64,000 nt of DNA from positions 49,230,001 to 49,294,000 of the forward strand of contig NW_024704743.1 in the NCBI RefSeq assembly GCF_018977255.1. Reading direction: 5' to 3'. The translations under genes and the position numbers were made by a program. Of this stretch, positions 1 through 12,019 are shown in pieces; the first letter of the stretch is position 1; each line of letters starts with the position of its first letter. The stretch is from Callorhinchus milii. Taxonomy: Eukaryota. Under the pieces are notes generated by a model. The model ran no database searches and was not told the origin of the DNA. It was given only the letters and a program-made list of their open reading frames with translations.

Positions 1-397
1 CTTTGTGTTGAGAAAGGAAACAGGAAGTAAAGGTAAAAATTGTTGAACTGCTCCGTGCTTGCGCTTCATATCCTTGTCAGTAAATACCATTGAATTTTTG
101 GAAAGAAGCATTCATATTGAAATCCAGTAAATTGGAAGTAAAGTTGTAAATTCGCAATGAAAACTAAAGTGGTATGGTCCTCCTATTGTCATAAGATTAA
201 TTGACCAAGCGCTTTTTCAGCTTCTGTCAAAGCTTGTTGGACTTGCACAGAAAGGTATAAATGATGGCACAAACCCCAAATCCATCTTTGACTTTGAAAT
301 TAAGAGAAGCTTAATTTCAAGGAGATACTCCTTTGTTTCTAGATCTGAGAGAAATGATAGTTGGACCTCAAGCGCGCATCGCTTGCTCCACATTTTC

Positions 398-689
398 TTG
401 ACTCCACACACCTATGTTTACCTAGCAGTAAGCAGGAACCCGGTTGTTAGCGAGTTGTTAGTCGATTGGCGGATCGCTTTCTGGAGGTAATAATCCCTTA
501 AAAAAATTGGTCACTCAATCCATGACTGTTTGTGGGACATTGCTGTGCGTAATTGTCTGCTGCGTTTTGTCCACAAAATAAACAGTCAATCTGCTTTACA
601 ATATATTCTGTGAATCGCTTTGAGACATCTCAACAATATGATAAGGCATTATATAAAATGCAAGAATTATTAGGATTATTATTATTATT
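398..689 (+). mobile_element. SINE (long form), 5'-truncated, with Deu-like core and L2-like tail
   Basis: Same body as 14459-14815 and 55868-56238 (CTGTTTGTGGGACA.TGCTGTGCG.AATTG...), ending in (TTA)n. Confidence 0.8.
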
Positions 690-1559
690 TGTCAATTTAT
701 CCATCTTAAAAAAGTGAAATCAAAGGCTTGCACTCAAGTGGGTGATCGCTAATTGTGGTACACATTACATTTGGAGCCCAAATTCATAACCATTTCTCCA
801 CTTATTTCCCTTTGGCTTAATTTCTTTAGATTGGAGGACCTTTAAGCAGGTATAATTATTGCACAACTATTTTAATGTATTTTAATTTCCACTGTTTGGA
901 AGTCGGGTTATTATTATCTATTTGCACTAGTCCTTTCCACAATAATTTTTTAAAAGTACCCATTTCTCAAAACCATTCCCAGGCACAGAGTACTCAGATC
1001 TGTCAATGTGATTCTAAAGCTGGCCATCAAGAGATGTAAGGGGGGTACCTGTTTAGCTCACAATTCACCTCCTCTTTCTCCCGGTAGAAAGCAGCTCATC
1101 TCTGCTCAGCGTGTCTTCCAGTGACCTGGATAAAATTAGGACTAGAAAGACACAAAATCCTCATTAATCATCATATTTTATGCCAAAATATAACTGATGG
1201 TTTTACTTTTAGATGTCATTGTGCGGCAAAGCTACATTGACCCTGGAAAAAAACCATTCTTATTTAGATTCTATATATTTATGAGGATGATTACTGCTGC
1301 ATTCAATGCTACTTCAGTATTCAAGTCAAGTGTGATGAATGTGCCATTGCAGTCTCTTAACGCAAATCAATCTACACGAGTACACTGATGATTTGTCTAT
1401 AGTCTATTCCCCTTGCCTCTATTGTGTTATTACAGGGTAAAAGATCCCAAACTGCCAGAAATTGTTTTATCTTTTTTATTCCATTGTCCCATTATTTTTC
1501 TGAAGTCCTTAACTTCCTCTGGATTACTGGTTGCTGGCCACTTTCCAGATCATTGCTAG

Positions 1560-1855
1560 GTCACCAATTACTTGTATTTTGTAAGTATAGCCAATGACTG
1601 TTGACAGACTTTTTGACCATGGGAAGTATTGCAGCAGCGTGTGATTCCTGTACCCACCCAACATTCACAACCACACAAGTATTATTCAGGAGAAGGGATA
1701 CTGGCTACCTTTTCCCTTTCTTGGACCCAGGGAAATAAAATCATTTGCAATATCTGTACTGCTATTTTTCTCAGATTAAGGTCTCAGATATGTTGATGGA
1801 CACTGGCCGTGAACTTAATCTTGTGTAGATTGATGCCTGGCCTTTTGGCAAGTAG
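1560..1855 (-). mobile_element. Old dispersed SINE-like repeat (family also near 14050-14350 -, 16745-17030 +, 25955-26050 -, 61025-61360 +)
   Basis: Degenerate mutual similarity by eye; not assigned to a named family. Confidence 0.4.
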
Positions 1856-1860
1856 ATGAA

Positions 1861-2184
1861 AATAATAATGATAATAATAATAATCCTTGCATTTGATATA
1901 GTGTTTTTCATGTCTTCCAGGCATCTCAAAGCACTTCACAGAATATATTGTAAAGTGAATTGACTGTATATTTGTGGGCGAAACCCGGCAGCCAATTGCG
2001 CACAGCAGTGTCCCACAAACAGTCGTGGATTGAAAATAACCAATTTATTATTGTTTTGTTTTGGAGGGATTATTATTAGGAGTGTGGAGTAAGGAAACTT
2101 GCCCAAGGTTTCGCCCTGCCTGGAATTGAACCCAGGTGTCTCGCTTGCAAGGCGAGTGCTCTAACCACTGAGCTACAGGAGTCC
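1861..2184 (-). mobile_element. Full-length tRNA-derived SINE (short form)
   Basis: The minus strand reads a head with A box TAGCTCAGTGG and B box GGTTCAATTCC, a Deu-like core, an L2-like 3' end and a (TTA)n tail. Confidence 0.9.
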
Positions 2185-2849
2185 AATATAGAAATCATTA
2201 AATATTATTGGATCCTCTGTTAAAAGTCTTGCTGGTCTTTGGCAGAGAAGTTGGTTCAACCTCCAGAATAGGCAACTGTGCACTTGGGTAAGATTTCATT
2301 AAACTTAATTGGGGGGAGATTGCATCCTTTTATAATACTGAACTAATGTGAATTATACAGGGAATGATACTGTACTTTTGGAGACAGCCAACATCTAGTT
2401 TGAGCATAGCTTCTTAAGGGGAATCGCACAAATCTCACAAATGATATTAATTACAAGGAATTATGATGAACATGTCTGCCTAATTTATATTTTTTCATTT
2501 TTTTAATATTATCTTCCAATGCTGATTACAGAATTTGCTGCAAATGTGTGGAAGAGTTTCTGAATCTAATTTTGCATGAGAGTTAAATCAAATACTTGTT
2601 GCCAGATCACCTCTGACTCTATTAAACATTCAACTTGGAATTGGTTTTAGTACTCCAGTTCCTCTATTAGCCAGGTCCGCAGTACTCCAGACCACTGCTG
2701 ATGACCATTGGCAGACCAGTCACTGGAGGTAGGCATTCTTCGACTCAGCTCTGGTTTGTTTCCATTTTTCTTCTCCTTACTTTTTGTAACTCCTCCCTCT
2801 CAGAGTAGAAAACATTGTTTCCCACTGATTATGGTGTATAATCCCTTGA

Positions 2850-4336
2850 TGCAGCGCAGCTATCAAGCTGCCGGCCCATCTCCAACCTCCCCTTCCTGTC
2901 CAAGGTCCTTGAAAGAGTCATCGGCTCCCAACTTCGCTCTTTCCTCTCCACCCATTCATTGTTTGAGCCCCTTCAGTCGGGTTTCCGTGCTGCCTTGACC
3001 TGGTCAAGGTCACTAATGACATCTTGACCATCTGCGACCAGGGCACCCTCTGCCTCCTCGTCCTCCTCGACCTATCGGCCGCATTCGATACGGTCGACCA
3101 CGCTATCTTCCTCCACCGCTTGTCCTCCCACCTCAACCTTCAAGGCCCTGACTTGAGTGGTTTAGGTCGTACCTCTCCCACCGTCTTCATTTTGTTTCCA
3201 CAAACGGCTTTTCCTCCACCCCCCGCACTGTCTCGTTCGGTGTCCCTCAGAGCTCTGTCCTCGGTTCCCTCCTCTTCACCCTCTATATGCTCCCCCTTGG
3301 TGACATCATCCGCAGACATGGGGTTAACTTCCACACATATGCGGATGACACCCAACTCTACCTTTCCTCCTCTACCCTCAACTCCACGACCACCGATGTC
3401 CTGACAGCCTGCCTGTCCGACATCGAGTCCTGGACGAGAGACAACTTTCTTCAGCTCAACGTGCGCAAAACTGAGGCCCTCCTGATTGGCTCACGTCAGC
3501 GCCTCCGCACCTCAGGCGCTGACAGCATCAGCATCCAAGGCTGCACTCTCCACCTCTCAAAGCCAGTCAGGAACCTCGGTGTTCTGTTCGACCCTGAGCT
3601 GTCCTTTCTTCCTCATATCCGCACCACAACTGGCACCGCCTTCCATCACCTCCGGAATATCACCAGACTACGGCACTACCTCACCCCTCACGCTGCTGAA
3701 ACTCTGGTCCACGCCTTTATCACCTCAAGGCTGGACTATGGGAACTCTCTCCTCGCCGGCCTTCCCGCCACCTCCCTCCACAAGCTGCAGGTCATTCAGA
3801 ACTCTGCAGCTCGTGTACTGTCCCGCACCAGACTTCACAACCACATCACTCCCACCCTCGCTCGCCTCCACTGGCTCCCCATCCCCCAGAGGATCGAATT
3901 CAAGATCCTCATCCTCACCTACAAGGCCATTCACGGCTTCGCTCCCTCCTACCTCTCCGACCTACTATCCCCCTACTTACCTGCCCGTACCCTCCGTTCC
4001 TCTGGCTCCGGTCTGCTCCACATCCCCCGCCCCAACCGCCCTACCATCGGTTACCGGGCCTTCAGCCTCTCAGCCCCGAGGCTCTGGAACTCCATCCCCC
4101 AGTGCCTTCGCCGCCTCCTCCCTTTCCTCCTTCAAGGCCGGTCTCAAGACCTTTCTCTTTGACCGTGCCTTCAGCTCCCCTCTCGACTCTCTACCCCCTC
4201 CTCACTCCCTCCCTTCCCTCTCCTCACCCTGACCATTTCTCCCACTGCTCGGGTCCCGACCCAACTGTCCAGCGCCTTGGGACGTCCTCCCGACATGAAA
4301 GGTGCTCTATAAATGAAATCTTGTTGTTGTTGTTGT
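2850..4336 (+). mobile_element. L2-clade LINE, 5'-truncated (RT domain to 3' end), frameshifted
   Basis: ORF pieces give LLDLSAAFDTVDH, GVPQ.SVLG-like, [31 protein letters not shown]-rich 3' UTR and (TTG)n tail. Confidence 0.95.
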
Positions 4337-4919
4337 ATATCTCAAATGGTTGGCTAGTTGAGAATGATTACTTGGCTGTAAACCTAACAGTAGAATCCGA
4401 ATACATTATAAACCATAATCACTCCCAAAACCCAGAGACTACATTGTGCCCTGTTGATCATTCAAGTCGTTCTTTACATCATATAAACTGCCAAGGTTTA
4501 TGGGTTGACCTCATTCAGATATTAGTCCCATTTATTTGCCAGAAGAAACTATCAGTGCAGTAGACATCTTCCATAATGTTTTATATTGAGGCAATTCACA
4601 ATTAAACATTAAGAATTATGATGGTGTTAATGCAAATTCACAAAAATAAATTTGCTGTTCAGAGCTGTAAAATTATATAATAAAAATAATCTTTGCCTTT
4701 GGGAAAGCATCTTATCGCATTGTCAAACCATCTCAAAGAGCTTCAATGGATTGTTACTGTGAAATGTAGTGACTGCATTTGGTAGACGAACCGGGCAGCC
4801 AATTTGCTAACAGCAACGTCCCACAAACAACCATGAAGTGATTTGTGAATTTTATCTGGAGAATTGTGGGCCAGGCCATTGGGAGAAACTCATTCCTCTG
4901 AGTTATATGCTTATATAAC

Positions 4920-5320
4920 AGCCAGGCTCCACTGGCTCCCCATCACCGAACAGTTCGGCTTCAATTTCCTTACACTCTTATTCAAATCCCTTCACTCTCT
5001 GGCACCTCCCTACTTCTCCGACCTCCTCATTCCCCAATCCACCATCTCTGCTCAACTGGCAGCGGCCTCCTGCCTGTCTCTTGCACCCTCCGCTCCACCA
5101 TTTGAGGTCGCGCATTCAGCCACTACGCCCTCTGAAACACTCTCCCTCCATCCCTCCGACTTGCCACCTCCCCTTTTTCAAGTCCCGCCTGAAAACCTTC
5201 CTTTTTGACTGTGCTTACTGTCACCTCCCATTCAGCTCGGAGTCAGGCTCCGCCACTGTTAAGCGCTCTAAGACCCTGCGTGGAGGGAACTGTATAAGTG
5301 TAAGTTGTTGTTGTTGTGTA
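4920..5320 (+). mobile_element. L2 3' fragment
   Basis: RLHWLPI... and FKSRLKTFLF remnants with a (TTG)n tail. Confidence 0.85.
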
Positions 5321-5929
5321 TGACACTTTTAAATTAAGTTACAACAAATTATATTTGTATAACGCCTTTCACATCAGGAGGACATGAAATAACGTGAATA
5401 AAAGTGACATAATTGTATGATGGTATAAACATTTAACATAATTGTGTTTAGCTAAACAGTTCCTAAGTTTTAATATGAATTAGACCTAGTAGAGTCATGC
5501 ACATCTTTAACTTTGGATAAATTAATAAACCATTTCCATATAGTGTATATTGAGATAAGCCTGAAAAGTATGCCTGACAATCACTCCTCACAACACCTTG
5601 TGCCTGATAACCTCTTGGCTAACCACCTATGATAAATCCAGGGTTTCTTGGCAACCTCCCTTCAGAGAATGCACATTTAAAGTCACTCAAATTTGATCCT
5701 CACGCCTCAGTGATTCAAGCCTCCAAAATCAAGCAGTTCCTTCTTCTGAAGCACTCCATCCTAAAATACTGTCATATCTAAAAGTAATTAAAAAGGGAAT
5801 AAATTAAACAGGCAAGAAAATACATGTTGTTAATTTATGATTGCCACCTACAATTCCACCATTTCAAATTGTTGTCAAGTTCAATGTAGTAAGGCGATAA
5901 AAAAAAATAATAATCCTTACTTTTGATAT

Positions 5930-6320
5930 ACAACAACAAAATTACATTTGTATAGTGCCTTTCATGTCGAGAGGACATCCCAAGGCACTCGTCAAACAGT
6001 GTTTCGGACCTGAGCTGGGGGGTCGAGATTGGGGAGGGTGAAGGGCAAGTGGGGGAAGGAGGTTGACTGAAGGCACAGTCGAAGAGGAGGGTCTTGAAAT
6101 GGATCTTGAAGGAGACAAGGGAGGGGCGAGGCAGAGGGACTGCGGGATGGAGTTCCAGAAGGTGGAGGCAGAGTGGCAGAGGGCCCACCTGGCAATGGTG
6201 GGTCACCCATTAAAGGTTGGTAGGGAGTTAGAGGTACGGGACAGCAAGGCCATGGAGGGCTTTGAAAGTGAGCACCAGGATCTTGAACTGTATCTTCTGT
6301 GTGATGGGAAGCCAGTGGAA
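5930..6320 (-). mobile_element. L2 3' fragment
   Basis: Minus strand gives SFKIHFKTLLFD; tail appears as (CAA)n on the + strand. Confidence 0.85.
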
Positions 6321-7744
6321 TCGGGATATAGAGCCTTAACACGTCATTGAGATGTCACAAAGTGCTTCATTGAATACATTATAAAGTGGTTTGACTGCGT
6401 ATTTTGTGGGTGAAATGCGGCAGCCAATTTACGCACAGGAATGTCCCACAAACAGCCATCAAGCGAGTGACCAATTATATTTGAGGGATTAAGGGAACAA
6501 ATTTAAAAAAAACTTTAAAGACTATTGTTCAAACTCTACAATGTAGAACTAAAATATCACTAAGGTTTACTATCAGTGCTCTAAAATATTCATAGATTGA
6601 CAATACTGCTGGCAGGGTAATGAGGAAATGATCATGCACTGCTATGATTGAAAGCCAGCTTCATGTCTTTGAGGCACAAGTTTTTGATAATTGTCCTTGT
6701 AATCTTCACAACAGCGGTCCAAGATGATTGATTTCTGCAAGTGGTCAATTCTAGCTAAAGGCAGTTGAAGGCGATGCAAGTTAGACTTTATTATTATTGC
6801 AAGCGCTGACTTTCACACACATCATTGCTTGCCACAAATTCTTGCATAGCTGAGTCATCTTATCTGACAATGAGATTTCTTACAGATCCGTATACATTGT
6901 ACAACATTTCTGAGCACATATTCTTTGGCTTGTTGCTCAACTTTTTATAATTATTTTCAGTGAATAAATACCACGCCCAGCAACAAGGAGAGTATGGATA
7001 TGATGTAAATTCTAAAGCTTTGTTTTGGCAACTCTCGTCTTTACAGTGTTCCACAAAATACATTTTTAGCTACAGGACATTAAACATATATTCTCAAAAT
7101 CACATCCCTTGATGGATCTAAAAAAAATTCCAGTGGTTTTCTCTAGATCAATTCTTTCCAGCAGTTTGTCACTGATTTGAACTGTCCACGACTGAATAAT
7201 ATATACTGTATAGTTAACCCCAACATCTAAAACCCAGTGCAAAGATCTTTAAATCTGGACTAAATTTCAACACTTCACTTTGCAAAAGTGTGCATCCATG
7301 TAATTAATGAATGAATTGTTGACAAATTCAATTAATTAAACATGATTAAGAAAAAGTAGGGTTACGGTTAACCCGAACCAGTTTCTCATTTTGTATACAC
7401 TACTTGGCAAACAGTGCTCTCAATGGCAACCAATTTGATTTTATCTAGATAACTCTAGTATACTCAGGGATCCTCAGGCCTTTTCGCTTGCCAATCTGCA
7501 CTCAATACTCTTGGTAATTAGGCAAGCAGGGTGAGTGCCTCCACAGAGAGTGTGTGTGAATTCTATTCCAGACACAAGTAATTTTCCTTGTGTAAGTGGC
7601 ATACATATGTGGAACTCTCAGTCTGATTTGGGTACTCTTAAGCATGGTAATGGGCTCCTGCATTTGTTGGACATCTGGCCAGTGGACCAAAAAGAGTTTG
7701 TTTCAGTTATTTGGTCACATTGATCTATATGTGGCCAAACATCT

Positions 7745-9045
7745 TTGATCTACTGGTCAAAGTCACTAATGACATACTGAACATCTGTGATCAGGGCTCC
7801 CTCTGCCTCCTTGTCCTCCTCGACCTCTCTGCCGCCTTCGACACTGTCGACCCTCCATCCTCATACACCGCCTCTCCTCTTTACTTAATCATCACCGGTC
7901 TGCCCTTGCCTGGTTCGATTCCTATCTCTCTCACCATCTCCACTCTGTTGCCTCTAACGGTTTCTCCTCCAGCCCCCGCACTGTCACGTCTGGCATCCCC
8001 CAGAGCTCTGTCCTTGGCCCTCTCCTCTTTAATACCTACATGCTCCCCCTTGGTGACATCATCCGCAAACATGGGGTCAACTTCCATATGTATGCGGATG
8101 ACACCCAACTTTATCTTTCTGCCTCCACCCTCAACTCCAGGACCACTGCTGTTCTGACAGACTGTCTGTCGGACATCAAGTCCTGGATGAGGGCAAATTT
8201 CCTACAGTTGAATGTGAACAAGACTGAGGCCCTCCTGATTGCCTCGCGCCAGCGCCTCAGCACCTCAGGCTCTGGCAGCATCAACCTCCATGGTCGCTCA
8301 CTACAACTCACCAAGCCAGTCAGGAACCTGGGTGTCTTGTTCGACCCTCAACTGTCTTTTCTTCCCCACATTCAAGCCATGACCCGCTCTGCCTTCCCTC
8401 ACCTCCGTAACATCGCCCGACTCCGCCACTACCTCACCCCTCAGGCCACTGAAACTCTTGTTCACGTCTTCATCACTGCTTGTCGGCCTTCCCAACCCCT
8501 CCCTCCACAGGCTGCAGATAATCCAGAACTCTGCAGCCCGTGTCCTCTCCCGCACCAAACTCCATGACCCCATCTCCCCCATTCTCGCTCGACTCCATTG
8601 GCTCCCTATCCTTCAGAGGATCCAGTTCAACATCCGGGTTCTCACCTACAAAGCCCTCCACGGCCTCACCCCACCCTACCTCTGTGACCTCCTAACCCCT
8701 ACCATCCCGCCTGCTCCTTCCGCTCAGCCAGCTCTGGCCTGCTCCGCATCCCCCGACCCACCTGCCCCACCATTGGTGGGAGAGCCTTCAGCCACTCTGC
8801 CCTCAACCTCTGAAATTCCATCCCCCAATCACTCCGCCTCGCCCCCTCCTCAGCCTCCTTCAAGTCCCGCCTCAAGACTCTCCTCTTCGACCATGCCATC
8901 GGCCACCCCCCTACCCCCCTTCCCCTCCCCTCTCTCCTAACCCCCTGACCCCAACTCGGGTCTGAAATGCTGTACTCTGTCCAGCGCCTTGGGATGTCCT
9001 CCTGATGTGAAAGGCGCTATAGAAATATAATCTTGTTATTGTGAT
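7745..9045 (+). mobile_element. L2-clade LINE, 5'-truncated, with deletions
   Basis: [38 protein letters not shown] and LHWLP motifs; L2 3' end. Confidence 0.95.
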
Positions 9046-9204
9046 GTGAGGGATAGGGAGGAAGGCTTTTTTTTTGGTAATTGGGCAGCACTTGCAGTAT
9101 AGGGCCTTCTGCATCACCTGGGTACCCGGACTGGCATTGCCAGTTGCCAACCGCCAGCTAAACACGTGTTATGCCCACCTCTTTCTGCATCCCCCATCTG
9201 CCGG

Positions 9205-9557
9205 CAGCGCGGCCAGAGATTAAAAACTCCTTGTAGCCCAAAGTCAACAAAACCCTAGCCCAAAAGTAGCCCAATATCATGTGTTGCCTCCCAATGGGTG
9301 GCAGACTGGTCAATTTAGGATAGTGCTTTTGAAGCTTAAGAGAAGATCTTCAAAGTGTGTGTGTGTGTGTGTGAGGGAGGGGGTGGGGTGTGGGGGGGGG
9401 GGGGGGTTGGTTACAGGTTTGAACTTAAAAAAAAATTAAAAATCAGGCGGCCGCCCAAAGCTGGGATTTTTTTTTACACGCACAGGCAAGCTAAACCCGC
9501 CCAATTGGAGGAAAACCCGCCCAATTGGAGGAAAACCCGCCCAACCTGACAACGCTG
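9205..9557. mobile_element. Putative MITE / non-autonomous DNA transposon abutting the promoter
   Basis: Imperfect terminal inverted repeats CAGCGCGGCCAG (9205-9216) and CTGACAACGCTG (9546-9557), 9/12 match. CGG on both flanks. Subterminal TAGCCCAA and CCCGCCCAA repeats. Confidence 0.5.
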
Positions 9558-9559
9558 CG

Positions 9560-9730
9560 GTGCGGTGCTGTGCGGTGAGGTGAGGGGACCTGGGGGGGGG
9601 GAGAGCCACCGGTTGATTGGCAGGTGCGCGTCATGGAAAAGGAGCGTGGGGGGCGGGGCGCTCGACGTCACAGAGGGCGAGCGGCGCCTGATTGACAGCC
9701 GAGAGGCGGTCCCGCCCCGGGAGCGAGTTG
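9560..9730 (+). promoter_or_regulatory. CpG-rich TATA-less promoter of OSBPL3
   Basis: CpG-dense sequence just before exon 1. Contains inverted CCAAT (ATTGG 9616-9620), GC boxes (GGGCGG 9651-9656; CCGCCC 9712-9717), CRE-like CGACGTCA (9663-9670) and TGATTGACAG (9689-9698). Confidence 0.7.
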
Positions 9731-10173
9731 TGGAGTTGGAGGGAGAGCAGCTCTCAGCTGTGCAGTCAGTGCTCTGCTCTCCTCCTCTCCCCCGACACTC
9801 CCTCCCTCCCTCCCTCACTCACTCACTCCCTCACTCACTGCAACACCGACCTTTGGTCGTGGCATTTTTTCTTTCTTTCTCTCTCTCTCGTTTCTGCAGC
9901 CATCCCCTCCACCCGCTTTGCTGCTGCTGTTACTTCGCCGCCTGGTGTTGCTTTGCTGTGCAGTAGCCAACTTTTCTTTTCTGTGTGGTCGGTGCTGGAC
10001 TGTCCCTCTGCCCCGCAGCCTCGCACCGCTTCTTCACTTCAGTTCGCTCCGCAGTAAAGCTGCAAAATAAAAATAAAAAATCGGCTGCACAGCCGGAGAG
10101 AGGGAGAGGGAGAGAGGGCAAACAGCCGGGCCATCCCCAGCAGATCAGACTGCGGGAGAGCTCCAACACGCAG
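9730..10173 (+). other. OSBPL3: Probable non-coding exon 1 (5' UTR) of OSBPL3; TSS approximate
   Basis: GC/CT-rich sequence with no ATG seen, ending at a strong donor CAG|GTAAGC (10173/10174). It is the only promoter-like CpG island upstream of the ATG exon in this window; the link to that exon is inferred. Confidence 0.6.
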
Positions 10174-10291
10174 GTAAGCGGTGCGTGGCTCGGGCTGACT
10201 CCCGGGGAAGGCACAGGCGGGAGGCGGGAGGCGGCCGCTCTGATCGGCTTTTGAACTCAGTCCGTAATGCAGAAAGCACCACTTGTCCCGC

Positions 10292-11745
10292 GTGTGTGTG
10301 TGTGTGTGTCTGTGTGTGTGTGTCTGTGTGTGAGTGTCTGTGTGTGTGAGTGTCTGTGTGTGTGAGTGTCTGTGTGTGTGAGTGTCTGTGTGTGTGTCTG
10401 TGTGTGTGAGTGTGAGTGTCTGTGTGTGAGTGTCTGTGTGTGTGTGTCTGTGTGTGTGTGTCTGTGTGTGAGTGTCTGTGTGTGTGAGTGTCTGTGTGTG
10501 TGTGTGTCTGTGTGTGACTGTCTGTGTGTGTGTGTCTGCGTGTGTGTGTCTGCGTGTGTGAGTGTCTGTGTGTGTGTCTGTGTGTGTGAGTGTGAGTGTC
10601 TGTGTGTGAGTGTCTGTGTGTGTGTGTCTGTGTGTGTGTGTCTGTGTGTGAGTGTCTGTGTGTGTGAGTGTCTGTGTGTGTGAGTGTCTGTGTGTGTGAG
10701 TGTCTGTGTGTGTGTGTGTCTGTGTGTGACTGTCTGTGTCTGTGTGTGTGTGTCTGCGTGTGTGTGTGTCTGTGTGTGTGAGTGTCTGTGTGTGTGAGTG
10801 TCTGTGTGTGTGAGTGTCTGTGTGTGTGAGTGTCTGTGTGTGTGTGAGTGTGTGTCTGTGTGTGTCTGTGTGTGTGTCTGTGTGTGTGTGTCTGTGTGTG
10901 TGTGTCTGTGTGTGAGTGTCTGTGTGTGTGTCTGTGTGTGTCTGTCTGTGTGTCTGTCTCTGTCTGTCTGTGTGTGCGTGAGAGTGTCTGTGTGTGCGTG
11001 AGAGTGTCTGTGTGTGCGTGAGAGTGTCTGTCTGTGTGTGAGTGTCTGTCTGTGTGTGAGTGTCTGTCTGTGTGTGAGTGTCTGTCTGTGTGTGAGTGTC
11101 TGTCTGGGGGGGTGTTTGTGTGTGTGGGGGGGGTGTTTGTGTGTGTGTGTGTGGGGGGTGTTGTGTGTGTGTGTGTGGGGGGGTGTGTGTGTGTGTGTGT
11201 GTGGGGGGGGGGGGGGGGTGTGTGTGTGTGTGTGTGTGTGGGGGGGGTGTGTGTGTGGGGGGGGGTGTGTGTGTGGGGGGGGGGGTGTGTGTGTGGGGTG
11301 TTGTGTGTGTGTGTGTGTGGGGGGGGGTGTTTGTGTGTGGGTGTGTGTGTGTGGGGGGGGGTGTGTGTGGGGGGGGGGTGTGTGTGTGGGGGGGGGGGTG
11401 TGTGTGTGTGGGGGTGTTGTGTGTGTGTGTGTGGGGGGGGGGTTGTGTGTGGGTGTGTGTGTGTGGGGGGGGGTGTGTGTGGGGGGGTGTTGTGTGGGGG
11501 GGTGTTGTGTGTGTGGGGGGGGGTGTTGTGTGTGTGTGGGGGGTGTTGTGGGGTGGGTGTGTGTGGGGGGGTGTGTGTGTGTGGGTGTGTGTGTGGGGGG
11601 GGGTGGGTGTGTGTGTGGGTGTGTGTGTGTGTGTGTGTGGGTGTGTGTGTGTGGGGGTGGGTGTGTGTGTGTGGGGGGGGGGGGTTGTGTGTGTGTGTGT
11701 GTGTGGGGGGGGGGGGGTTGTGTGTGTGTGTGTTGTGTGTGTTGT
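10292..11745. repeat. Compound (GT)n/(GTCT)/(GAGT) microsatellite grading into (GT)n + poly-G
   Basis: Directly visible low-complexity tract of about 1.45 kb. Confidence 0.97.
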
Positions 11746-12019
11746 TGGATATCGGAAGACTTCATGAAACAAACTTGCGAGTTTGCGAGGGGTCCGACCA
11801 CGGGGACGGTTTCGGCTGTCAGTGCGGGTGAGACCGTCAGAGTGTTCACCTGTGAATCTGACAAAGGATTTATTATTATTAAATTGAGTGTTTGCAAAAA
11901 CAATTCACGCCGATCAGCGGGGAATCAAGTCGGTGACCCGGGTTTTTAATGTGGTTCCAAAAGGGGAATGAGACGATGGTTTCATTGCACTGTTTATTTA
12001 TTTTAAAACGATTTTTTTT

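Noticed and set aside
2110..2184. tRNA genes at SINE heads (also near 13029, 13646, 21608, 23081, 53976, 55868)
   Set aside because: A and B boxes are present, but each head is fused to the same SINE body and tail, and the anticodon region varies between copies.
3287..4162. 291-aa reverse-transcriptase ORF as a functional gene
   Set aside because: It is part of a 5'-truncated L2 with upstream frameshifts and deletions and no endonuclease domain.
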